Assembly: GCA_000697335.1 (NCBI GenBank)
Contig: JNEM01011401.1
Location: 1 to 53,098 of the forward strand
Direction: 5' to 3'
DNA length: 53,098 nucleotides
From: Conidiobolus incongruus B7586
Taxonomy: Eukaryota
Part shown: positions 40,942 to 53,098 of the stretch, one piece after another
How the letters are laid out: each line of letters begins with the position of its first letter
Position numbering within the stretch: position 1 is the stretch's first letter
Notes under the pieces: generated by a model
What the model was told of the DNA's origin: nothing
The model's database searches: none
Seen by the model: only the letters and a program-made list of their open reading frames with translations
Made by a program: the position numbers and the translations under genes

Positions 40942-42625
40942 TTATGTACTTTGTAAAATTAAATATAATAATTTAATAAATATTGAATAATATCTAATAA
41001 TACTAACAATATATTTTGAATGAGTTTCTAATTAACTCTTCAAATATTGATCATTTTATAAAATATTTAATTCACTTGATACAATTATTTTTCTATTTAT
41101 TCCATTTTAATTATTCATATAAATTTGATCAAATTACTAGTATAATGTAGTCGAAAGTCGAAAGATTGAAATAATAAACTGAATCAATAATTGAATTTAT
41201 CTGCAAAAAGTTGAAAAGGGAGATAAAAATTGTATAGAAAACAATTTGAAAAACTATGGTGACATAAATAGAATATTCTTTGGATCTATTTTACATGAAT
41301 TAAGGATCAATTTTTATATCATCCTATTATATATATATATATATATATATTATATATTTATTATTTTGTATATTCCTATTTCATCAATTCGGTAAAGAAT
41401 AATAAAGTTTGTATTATACTATATTCAATTATAATTATTCCTAATACTTAACATTTAAAATTTCTTGTTTATAATTATAATCAGTATTTTTTGATAAATA
41501 TACAAGTTTTACCTATCATATAATTTAATCTAAACATTTGTAGCAATGATAAATTCAAATTTCAATGATATTGTATTGATGAGAGATTTTTTGGAATATT
41601 TGGACAAAACGTTGATTAGTCAACAAAGTTGTATCAACTTACTTTGCAACTATTCAATGTCACTTTATTTATTACAATTATGCAGTTTTTCGACTATTAT
41701 AATGTACACCTTTCATTTAATCCATCCCTCATATTCCTAAAAAACTATATTTAAAGTATCTGTTAATGCAAATTATCTTTGAATAAATTTCATATATAAC
41801 AAAATCAGTTATTGGTAATATATTATACAAACGACAAACATAGTTAATCACATAGACACAATAACCAAAATTTAATAAATTTTGAAATATAACTTTTTGA
41901 TATCTTATTTTGTTATCAGCATAAAATATTGGATTATTCAATATACTTTGATAAACTAACAATGTAATGGGACAATTTGTCATTATTTAAATTGAATATA
42001 ACAAGATGAAACGCTGCTCAAACATATTATATAACTCAATTGTCTTTGTAATAATACATGTATTCAATTGAATGATATAGTAGTTATTAAATGAATTCCT
42101 TTTATAAGATCACGACTATTATGTATTATTGCATTTTTTGCATTATTGTTTATTATATGTTAACTTTTCACAGAAGAGCTAAAGATGTCACTTTTCAATC
42201 ATTATTAGATTTTATTAATTAGAAAAAGTGTTTGATCAACATTTAATATCAACAATGTTTTTAAATCACCAATAATTTACTTTATCCAATTAGGTTTTTG
42301 AAGAATTGAAATAGTATTAATATTTCAGTGATTACTTAATTAAGACATAGATTAATCAAATTTAACTTAATGAGTTTGATTTATGAGTTTAATTAGGAAA
42401 TGATTGATTAAAAATAATTCGAAATAATATTTATGAGAAAAACAGTCAATTGGATATTGAGATACACCATTTTACTATAAAATGATAAATGCAAAGTTCA
42501 TTATTAATAATATCATTACACTTTCGATTATTAATCATTGATAGTCTTAATATTTTTTGTGTAATGACTTTCTTTGCTATTTAGATTTATTAATATTGAA
42601 ATAGTTTAATGATTAGAATAATATT

Positions 42626-44534
42626 ATGAGTGAAAGACAAGAATTAATAGCTAGTCACCCTTCAGGGATTACAACTAACAGTATCAACAACTATGGACTG
42701 ATTTTAGACTTGGAAGATAATCTATTTCGTGCAACTAAAGCTCATCATGACCAACTTGATGCTATCTTATATAAAATAGGTATGGGTAAATTCCAATATT
42801 GTTTGTTTGTATTGTGTGGTTTTGGTTGGTTAACAGAAAATGTAAAACATAATTAATATACTGCATATATAATAATACTAATTTGTAATTTAGATGTGGT
42901 TACAAGTAAATTATAAGTTGATATATTGACAATATCTTTAACATATGATTTTCTTTGTTTACTTAGGGAATTATTGTACTTTTACCTAGAATACAAAGTA
43001 AACCAATTATCCGATTTATGCTTTTTTTAATATTAATACGACATCCTTGCAAATAGAGCATTATGCAATCAGTGATGTAAATATTGGAATCCCTAATAGT
43101 GCTCTCTTTTTTGGAATGATGCTTGGTTCTCTATTTTGGGGAGGTCATTCCGATTTGCACGGAAGAAGAGACGCATTTCATTGGACACTGTCTATAGCTT
43201 CGATAGCCGGAATCTTATCCGGTTTTACTCCGAATTTTTGGTTGTTGATATTTTTTATGATAGTGGTAGGTTTTGCTGTAGGTGGCACTGTCCCTGTAGA
43301 TAACAGTATTGTACTCGAATTTCTTCCTGCAAAATACCATTATCTCGTGACTAGTCTTTCCGTATTTTTCAACTTAGGGGCAGTATTAGCATCTCTATTT
43401 GCCTATCTTATACTGCCTTCCTATAGCTGTCCTGATTTAGTTTCAGACGGCTTAATTCAACCCTGCGACGTTAATGTCAATAACAACGGCTGGAGATATG
43501 TGTTAATTTCATTATCTGTACTAAATGGACTCATGGCCATTGTTCGAGTATTTTTTTTCAAACTACCAGAATCTCCACACTTTTTATTAGCTAAAAATCA
43601 ACCCGAAAAGGTGGTTAGCACTTTAAACTCCATTACTAAATTTAATGGATTATCAATGAAATTTACATGTGACGATTTGATATTAAAGGACAAGCATCCT
43701 GACAGTGATGAAATTATTGAAGAGACCAATCAATACTCTCTAGAACCTGAAATGGTGGGTTTAAATCCTGAGAATGTCTATGCCAAAGGCACCCCTAGAT
43801 TTACTCTTGTTGAAAGTAATGTTAAAACACACTGGTTACTTAAATCTCTAGGTTTTGATTTCAACTTGATTTACAACCTCTTCCAGCCTTATTATAGAAT
43901 GTCGACTATTTTAATTTGGACCATTTGGGTATTTATGGCTTTAGCATACAATTTGTTCACCATTTTCCTTCCTAAATATTTGGAAATGAAAGGTCAAACA
44001 GACGGTGTGAGTAGTATGAGTGACGTTTACTGGAGATATTTAATCTTCTCATTATGTGGAATCCCAGGAAGTTTGGTTGGAAGTTGGCTGGTAGATACGA
44101 GATTAGGAAGAAAGGGGACCTTGGCACTTTCTATCCTTTTGAGTGGATTTGCTCAAGTTGGCTTCATCTTCTTTCGAAATCTCAGTCTAGTGACTTTTTG
44201 CAGTTCATTAGTTAGTTTTCTAATTACATTAATGTATGCGGTGTTATATTGCTATACTCCCGAAGTCTTTGATCCCAGACTGAGATCTACAGCATGCGGT
44301 ATTGCCTCATCCCTATCCAGATTGTAATTTTATTTTGGGTATCTATTTTGATTAATTAATTAATTGATTTTGTTGTTTAGATTAGCTATCATTTCTCCGA
44401 TGTTAACGGGGCTTTTATATAGCTTGAACGTTTGGTCTCCATTAGAAATATCTACTGTATTATTATTTATACTTGTAGTGCTTACAATAATGCTTCCATA
44501 TGAGACCAAAAACAGAACAAAGAGTGATCTTTAA
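42626..44534 (+). CDS. MFS transporter, SV2/SVOP-like, paralog 2 (5 exons; tandem duplicate)
   Basis: Same exon structure and motifs as 39017-40941; open frames in both copies. Confidence 0.9.
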
Positions 44535-46187
44535 ATTTATCACTCATGATACTTTTTTATAATCATAAATCGAATTTGTTATCATTTTCAACAATATTAT
44601 TCATACCAGATTTATTCAAATTTGCTTTGCTTAAATAATTATGTATACCATAAAAAATAACAATTCAATAATTTAACACTCATACTCATTCCTTATTGTA
44701 CAGGTAAAAACTGTCAATATTGATAACGGGGCCGAGTCATTCAATTCAGAAAAACACTTTAAATACATTGTATAATAAATATTTTAACCAATCAAAAATA
44801 ATGCATCATAATTAATACTTAGAATTGTAAGAAGATTCATTATGGGCATCAATGCCAGCTCCAGAATTTCATCTCGATGATCAGAGATATAGGTGATTAT
44901 GTGTTCTACAACCTTGGGGCCCATGAGGACCAGTTGGGTTGCAATGGCTAGACGGTTGGGTTCAGTATACTCAACTAATTGCAAATCCGTCAAATTAGAT
45001 CAAATGAGTGCCATGGTGTAAAGTTAAACAACTATGAAAAAAAATAAGTAAGAAAAGTTTGTAACAAAGCTAAATCTTATTAAATATACTAAATAAATTA
45101 AATTATAATGGGGCAAGGGTATAGGTTTAGTCACACGCTGGAATAGAGGTGTCGCTCTTGAGAGTTCTCGAGGTAGAAAGAGAGGATAATTGACAGAAGT
45201 ATAGTTTTGATGTAAAATCAAAATCGGGCTCCTATGCTAGAAGCCACCAGTATATTTAAAATGTATTTAAGAGGGTTTGAGGGGTGAAGCTGAATAATGA
45301 TGTATCCTTGTGATGATTCTTAGAACTAATCCTTTGTTCTAGTTTATCCAAAAGAACAGGATACAGCAGCAGTTTTGACTTAAATATCCTTTCATGCATT
45401 TATTATACTTATTTAATAAGCCAACAAGTTATGATTAATTTATTTTGAAATAATTTTAAGTCGATAATATAAATACATTTCATAATCTGTTAAAAAATTT
45501 ATTTTAAGTATACTATAAAATGTTGTATTAAATCAGTTATAATTAACTTAAATTATCAAATTTGGTTTAATACGATATTAAAAATAAATTAATATGACAT
45601 TCTTAAATTGGTTTATTATATTTTGTCCAAATGTATGATTTTACGAATATTGTAATATTCTGTAAATATAAATTGGTTTCTAAAGAATAAGTATTTAATA
45701 TTAATAAATTTAAACATCCATTTTAATTAATCACTCTATTAGTAACATCTAATGTTTATAAATAATATACTATTAAACTTTTATTAAGAGTTTAAACATT
45801 CAATATTGATATATTAAATATTTTAATATATGGTAAACTGATATTAAACCAATTTTTTGATATGATAAAAATAATATTAATCAAAAATAGATAGAGTGTC
45901 TAACAGAATACCTTGAAATTGTTTAAATATCCTATTCTATCGATATCATATTTTAATAATAGCATTTCTACGTATTAAACATTCGCAGTATTCAGTTTGA
46001 ATTTGTCAAAATTAATAATTATTAATCCACATAATCATCAATCCCATTAATTCAATTCAATCTTGAAAAGAATAAAATTTAACATTTATTAAATGCTTCA
46101 AAAAAGGTTCCTCATTTTAGATTTAATCATTAACTGTATTTTTGTTTGGTACTTAGACCTTTAAAATTTATAATATTAGTATTAACC

Positions 46188-47036
46188 ATGAGCTACAATA
46201 GTGAAGTAAATTCAATTCCTCCTACTTATCCACCATGGCAAGCTTGTTGGAATGAACAGTACCAATGTTATTATTTTTGGAATACTGAAACTAATGAAAC
46301 AACATATGACCATCCCAGTACTAGACCAAATGCTTATTCAAGCTCATCTCAATCTAATTATTCAGCTCCTTTGACGAATATTGACGCTTTATTCGATAAA
46401 ATCGATAATATCAAAGAAGAGTTAGATAAAGAGAAACCCCAAATTATTGAAAAATTAAAACTTTCTAAAGCATCTAACAACTCGGGAAATTCTTCATATA
46501 TCGATTCAGAAAACGTAGATACTCCAGAAACTAATAATAACGATGAAGTTACCGCAGAAGTACAAGCAGAATTACAAGATCAAGATGTGGAAAAATCTAA
46601 CACAGAATCTGATTACCCCACATCAAACCAAACTTATCCTGAGCAACAGGAGTTTGACCCCGCATACTATGAATTATATCGACAAGAGGGGATAGCGATT
46701 CCAACTTCAGGAATGTCATATCCCTCTAATGATCACACTATAGTAGGAGCATTTAACACCAAGACTGGCAAATTCCAAGCCGATCCCAATATCAATCCTG
46801 AAATGGTTTCCCAACAAAACAAAGCCGCTAGAATGTGTGAAGTCTTCTTCGATTACCAAAGCTACCAAGACCAACGTAATTATGAAATTGATCAAGCCAG
46901 AATGCAACAATATTTTAACCCTGGTCAAGTTCCAAGTCGCAAAGTTCCAAAGTTAACAAAAGCACAAATCAAAAAATTAGCAAAAGCTAAGAAAGAGAAG
47001 AAGGAGATGAATAAGAAAAAGTGGCTATTGGAGTAA
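46188..47036 (+). CDS. WW-domain-containing protein with basic C-terminus
   Basis: PPWQACWNEQYQCYYFWNTETNETTYDHP (WW domain, second W replaced by Y); GAFNTKTGKFQ..FFDY motif; Lys-rich end KKEKKEMNKKKWLLE. First ATG is at 46188. Confidence 0.8.
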   Translation: MSYNSEVNSIPPTYPPWQACWNEQYQCYYFWNTETNETTYDHPSTRPNAYSSSSQSNYSAPLTNIDALFDKIDNIKEELDKEKPQIIEKLKLSKASNNSGNSSYIDSENVDTPETNNNDEVTAEVQAELQDQDVEKSNTESDYPTSNQTYPEQQEFDPAYYELYRQEGIAIPTSGMSYPSNDHTIVGAFNTKTGKFQADPNINPEMVSQQNKAARMCEVFFDYQSYQDQRNYEIDQARMQQYFNPGQVPSRKVPKLTKAQIKKLAKAKKEKKEMNKKKWLLE

Positions 47037-48257
47037 CTCATTATGGCCTGATTTTCTTTGTATCTTTTTGCTATCACTCAGCGATGTTTATACTTCATCT
47101 ATTCTCTTTTTATTATCTTGTTTAACTTACTATTATAAGATTTTGATATTAATTTATTACTTTTCTTTCATTGAAGATTGAAAATTGATGTATTGTTATA
47201 AATATTATTGAATAAATTTTATCTAATTTCATTATTATTTATTCAAATTTAATGAATTTGATATTTCTTTATCCATTATTATATATATATATATATATAT
47301 ATTTGATACTTTTGATAATATGTTATTTTCATTATTTGGAATATTGTAGAAATGTTTTCGTTTTTAAAATTTACACAAATTTTATTACTAACTATTACTT
47401 TCTTGGTCTAGGAACGATTAGGATATTTAGTTAATATATATATGGTTAATTCGAAAAATCTTAAATTATAAAATTCTGGTCCATATTAATTAATTGTATT
47501 TAAATTTTGTATTTAAATGAGGATTAAATATTATATAGAAAATGTCAGAATCAAGGACTACAGTTTTTTGAATTTTAGATGTAATTGAAGAGAAAAACTT
47601 TTATATTTGGACAAAATTCAATTAGATATTATTAAATTCATTCCATGAAAAATATACAATGCAATAAAATAAATTTTCATTTTATATTACTTAGTATTTA
47701 AAATTCCTAAAAGTAATACTCGAGAAATAAAATACAACCTGATTATAGTGTTCATTATGACTAACTTGATATATGTTTAGAAAATTATAAATATGAGTTT
47801 AATATTTGATATATTAAGACATATTATAATTATGAATTATAAAATGGAATATGGTTTTATGTATAGCCAAATCTATACTTTCATATTTAGCCTAGAGATA
47901 AGATAATAAAATAACATATTTAATATTTACATTAGTAGTCATTTGAACATTAATCCTATCATAAAATTATGATCAAAATTTAAAGATCAATAAATAAAGT
48001 TGTATGTAAAAGAATATGAGTAGAATTTTGTGAACATTTTATGAGGTGATGGATCAATAATTACTCATGGGAAAAAGTATTATACTTTTTTTGAATTTTC
48101 TTATAAAAACTGTGGCATAATTTGAAATGATTAAATATTTGGTAATATTTATTAAAATTTAATATAAAGTTTGAAAATTTACTATTAAAATAATGATCAA
48201 TAAATTATATAGTCAAAAATATATGTTATAATATGGTCAATGATTAATAATGGATAA

Positions 48258-51200
48258 TTACTTAGTTGAATTGGATGAATTTGGCTTCTGGCGTTTAGCA
48301 GGAGGTATGGTATCAAAGTGTGATGTTGAGTTGGTAGGGCACTTAAAATGATCAATTACTAAAGAATAAGTTAGATATCTATTCGATATTATTTATATTA
48401 TCCTTACATGATATTTGGCCATTCTTAAAAAATGGGGATTTTTTAGTATTATTCAAATTGGGTTTTGTACTTTCAGTCAAGTCAATAGTTGCTAAAATGT
48501 AATAAATTCAGCCATTATTTTTACATCAAATGAAATATTGGAATTACCAAGATTAGAAGCGCTTTGAAATCCAGATAAATGGGAGGTTTTGGTAGTAATA
48601 ATTTGAATGTCATCCGTACTATCGTCTACTGAATGTGATGGAGCTTTTGAAATCCTTGGACCATATCCTAATCGATTAGTAAATTTCTGTGTAATCTCCA
48701 GTATATCCTTTTCGTATTTTGTAATAATATTGTTTGGTAAATCTTCAACTTCTTTTAAATCTCGTAATGAAAGGGGAACTTGCTCAGCAATGGTATTAAT
48801 GGTGGCATCTGTAAATATTTTGTAAAGTGGTAACTGTGTTTCATTATTGATACGGGTCCTTAGTTTCTTTAACTGTGCAATACACTCCGAATAATGATGG
48901 CTGGTTTCAGCTTCAAAATCATCATTAACATAGTCATCATCGTAATCATTATTAAATATGTATTCTTCATCCCTGAGATCTTCATAATCATCAGAATCTT
49001 CGTTAATATCGCTAGAAAGCTGAATAGGCTCCGTCGGATTAGGCGGTATTGCTGGTAAAACTTCAGCTTTATTGCGAGATAATTTAGGCTTATTTGAGGA
49101 TTTAGTAGGCTTCGCAGTTTTAGGCTTGGCTTTGTTCAAAGATTCGTCAAAATCCATATTAATAATAATCTGTCCAGTAAGTAGAGCTCTAGCTGAGGGT
49201 CCAGTAAAAACATAGGTATTGGTGAATCCTTTCCTATTTTGAATAGCTTTTTCTTTCAGGATATTCTTCGCAATCAAATCATGAACCAATCTTTCGGAGT
49301 CTGTAAGCGATAGCTCTTTGCCGCAACCGAGAAGAGCTGGATCTAGGTTGTAAGATCTAGATTTTTTACAATTCGACCCTCTGAATAAAAGAAGTAAAGA
49401 GCGAATGGTGATTTTCTTAGTTTGAGTAAGATAAGCGATTTTAACTAAATTTTGAGCGATTGGGGTGACATCTCTTTGGATGAAATTAGTTCTTCCAGCT
49501 GCAACGCAATTATCACAAGATCCATAGCAATAAGTTCGATCAAAACGCTCACCAAAATAGGCCAGAACTTGCTGTCGTCTACAATCAATTTTGTTTTCAC
49601 AAAATTGAACAACTCTATTTAGATTGCTCCTTTGACGCTCTTTAGTATCAAAGTCTCCATCACCTCTTTTGATCATGTACTCAATTATACTTTTATCAGC
49701 ATAGTTATAAAAAAGTATACATTCAGAATTATGCCCATCACGTCCTGCTCTTCCGGTTTCTTGATAATATCCTTCCATTGAGTGAGGTATAGAGTGGTGG
49801 ATAACATAGCGTACGTCAGGTTTATCGATGCCCATTCCGAAAGCTACAGTAGCCACGATTACTTGAAATACACCAGTTTGCCACTCGTGTTGAATCCGTT
49901 GTCGATCATTTTTACTCAGGCCGGCATGATAGTGAGATGTTTTGAGATCATAATTGGTACTTAATTGAGCAGCAATCTCTTCACATGATCTTCTGGAATT
50001 ACAATAAATGATACCACACTCCCCGGGGTGATTATTGGTAATATAGCTATACATATCTGAAACAACAGTCTTGGAATTCTTCTTTCTAACCTCGTAATGG
50101 AGATTCTTTCGATTAAAACTCTGGGTTAAAGTTAAGCAACTTAAAATATTGAGCTGTTGTTTGACATCCATTTTCACTTGATCGTTAGCGGTTGCAGTCA
50201 AAGCTATTAGTGGAATATCGGGGTATTCAACTTTCACAAAGCCTACTTGCTTATAATCTGGACGAAAATCATGACCCCATTGGCTGACACAGTGAGCTTC
50301 ATCAATGACAAATCTTGCCAATTTCTGCTTTTGATATAAACTTCTAAGTAAATCTCTTACTGCTGAGCTTTTGTTTAACATTTCAGGTGTAATGTATGCT
50401 AATCGAATTTTAGGATCAGAAGATCTTAAATCTTTAAAGAAATATGATTTTTGTCGGGCACTAGAATCAGAGTTAAGAGAAAATGCATGGATACCTAACG
50501 AAAGAAGTCGATCAACTTGATCTTGAACTAAAGCAAGTAATGGAGAAATAACAATTGTTACACCTCGAGTTTTCCCAGTATCGATTAATGCAGGAAGTTG
50601 ATAGCATAAACTTTTTCCACCACCCGTAGGCATAAGGACAAAAACGTCGTCCCCGCTTAATGTAGCATTAATAGCCTTTAGTTGGTTATGTCTAAACTTG
50701 GTGAGACCAAAGGTTTTACGAAGTGTTTGTAAAACTTCATTGGTCCAAGGATATTCCGGCTCTTCATCTTCATCCGGCACGGTCATATCATAATGTACTG
50801 ATATTACGGTGGGTTTGGCTTGAGTGGAACTAAGCATTGTTGTATCATTAATATCATTAAGGTCAATATTATCAAAGTCCGCGAAGTTCAGATCATCATC
50901 CAGATCAATTCTAGTAATAGTATTTGAATTTGAATTAAAATTAGATTGATGAGTCATTTCGCCATTAGTTGACATAGAGGGTGACCTTGAATGCTGGAGT
51001 AAATGAGAAGGTGAATTTTGATTGATTGAGTTGTAATCAGCAGATTCTGATCTAAATGTGGGATCGTTATTTTGTACGTGTTCAATCGTTGAATTGATAT
51101 TATTTCGTTCGTCCGATGTTAAATGATATACATCAGGATTATTGAATTCTGTATTAAACGACGAAATCGACCCAATCTGAAAGTATATATTAAAAAATGT

Positions 51201-52265
51201 TCAGAATTGATAATAAACTGTATTATACCTTCGCATCCAAATTTGGTAACCTGGTCTTTAATTTTTCTAATTTTTCACAAATTTGTCTCCTATAACATAT
51301 AAATAACTATTGATATACAACGTAAATAAAATTATTTACCTTTCATTTTGAAGATGTAAAAACTCTAATGGTGGTAGAACCTTTCCTTCATAAAGAAAAT
51401 CACACATACGATCGCTAATTTCTCTTTTCCTTTCAAGAAGTCCAATTTCTTCAGCATTTTTCTAAAAAAAGTTAGAATCAATCAACTTTTAAAAATTTAG
51501 TTACTTGATTGGATAGTGGGTTTTGAGGTATTGTTTTCAAATTTGTTATGTTAAATGATTTTGTTGGTATTTGAATAGAAAAATTCTAACAGGCTTGAGT
51601 GAATATAATAATAAATAAAAAATAAGAGACAGTTTACATTGATTGGCGATTGCATATCTGAAATCACATTCTTTATTGGTGCTTCAATCTCGGTACTGCG
51701 AATAGGTTGTACCAAATTTGAAAAATTATTAGTTGCAGTTTCAGTAATATTAGTTGATGGAGGTGCTGTAATTGGCTATGTACAATATTAATATGTAATA
51801 AATGGTAAAAAATAGAAATTATTTACTGGTGGGGATTCTACAAAGGGATGGCCAACGCTTACAATGGGAGATAAAGAACCAGAATGAGATGTAATGTTTT
51901 CTATTAATAAAGTAATATAATTAGAATTACGTTAATATACATAAATAGGTATCTCTACCATTTTCTGGAGGAGTTGATTTTTTATTCAAACTTAGAGAAA
52001 ACTTTTTTCTAGATTGAGAGTTCATTTGTGAATTTGAAACTGGAATGTTGGCTGAAACAGAAGACGGCTGTAGCGCAGTATTTTCTGAATTAATATTATT
52101 AATATTATTATTATTTGATCCAAAAGATAGAAAAGACGGAAGAGAAGAAGTTTGCTGAGTAGTAATTGTCTTGGGAGCTGTATTTACTTCGTTTGAATTA
52201 TTTGAGTCAAATAGCTTATTTAGGTGCTCTAGCATATTATTTTGAGGTACTTTTGATCCTTCCAT
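48258..52265 (-). CDS. SGS1: RecQ-family DNA helicase (Sgs1/BLM-like, multi-exon)
   Basis: FRHNQLKAINATLSG, MPTGGGKSLCYQLPA, DEAHCVSQWGHDFRPDY, ALTATA, VATVAFGMGIDKPDVR, YYQETGRAGRDG, RQC Zn site (CRR..CDNC), HRDC-like C-terminal helices. Small 5' exons from MEGSKVPQNN; two 3' exons ending PPAKRQKPNSSNSTK*. Confidence 0.93.
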
Positions 52266-52364
52266 TTTTATTAATTATATACTGTCTGTACATATAATAA
52301 ATGTAGAGGAATAATTAGTAATATTGATTCAAAAGTTGGATTACTAATCCTTTCATTTAATAAA

Positions 52365-52372
52365 AACGCGAA
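52365..52372. promoter_or_regulatory. Possible MCB/SCB/E2F-like CGCG element upstream of the RecQ gene
   Basis: AACGCGAA ~100 bp upstream of the ATG in otherwise extremely CpG-poor intergenic DNA. Confidence 0.35.
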
Positions 52373-53098
52373 CCAAACAAATACACTATTTTATAATCGA
52401 TATATCGAACAAATATTATGGGATATTGATTTGGGATGAAAACAATTTGATAGTTGATTATTTCATTAAATTGATAATATAACATCACTGTGACTAATTA
52501 AACATGAAATTTGGTTAAATTATCATGATAATTTTTATAAATGTATCAATCCTCATTACTTAGAATATTATTTTATCAAAGTGAATCATATTTTAATTGA
52601 ATAACAGTTGATAGATTATAATAATAATATTAAAATTTAAGATAATAATAATATTGACTTGAAATGAATGGAGAATATTTTATAATAAAATTTTTGATGG
52701 TATTAAATAAATTATATTATTATATCAAATTTGAATATTTAATATATAAACTTTGTGCTACTTTCTTTCTTAAAATAACCATTATTTTTTAATTTTTAAT
52801 ATTTCAACTAAGAATAATATCAATATCCTTTGATTTTTATATATTAAAATATTGATAAGTTTGTTACCAAATGGTAAAATATTAGTTAAAAAAGAAAAAA
52901 AAATTATGAATATTTTAATTTTCAATTTTTCAAAAACATTGTTAGTTTTTAATATAAACCACATATAATCTAAAAGAATTAATATTTTCAAACTATATAT
53001 ATTCATTTATTTTTAATTTTTCATCAATATATAATATTAAAAAGTTTATTATTAAATTCAATTATATTTAAATCTAAAATTAATCATTAGAAATATTA

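Noticed and set aside
12895..49964. Antisense or alternate-frame ORFs in the track (12895, 14542, 14887, 18827, 19101, 19398, 35144, 35223, 40716, 46716, 48607, 49782)
   Set aside because: Shadows of real genes on the opposite strand or frame, with no recognisable motifs.
29434..53006. Short AT-rich ORFs (29434, 41546, 41729, 47252, 52782)
   Set aside because: I/L/K/N/F/Y-biased chance ORFs in TE or intergenic DNA; one spans an (AT)n microsatellite.
1..53098. CRISPR arrays, rRNA or tRNA genes
   Set aside because: No regularly spaced repeats or recognisable structural RNA sequences seen; the context is eukaryotic and intron-containing.

Overview
Very AT-rich eukaryotic DNA with short GT-AG introns. 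Gene content and style suggest an early-diverging fungus (possibly Zoopagomycota/Entomophthorales-like; this is inference). Two nested transposon graveyards dominate the window. (i) At 1-6865, a Tc1-type DD34E DNA transposon is split by a 5.3-kb Ty3/Gypsy chromovirus (640-5947). (ii) At 20529-32645, a second chromovirus family carries another copy of the 5.3-kb element (22679-27998) and a 1.28-kb DD34D mariner (29597-30873). All five elements are structurally complete or nearly so, yet saturated with C>T/G>A transitions (CpG almost absent, TG/CA>TA, few indels): a RIP-like signature. Host genes: cystinosin, SRP9, ATG6/Beclin, a multiply disabled TAF1, an intronless bacterial-type amidohydrolase with a signal-peptide-like N-terminus and one in-frame TGA, a CreC/WDR20-like WD40 protein, mitochondrial ribosomal S14, two tandem SVOP-like MFS transporters with 12-nt micro-exons, a WW-domain protein and a RecQ/Sgs1 helicase. 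All calls come from manual reading and translation; no searches or counts were run.
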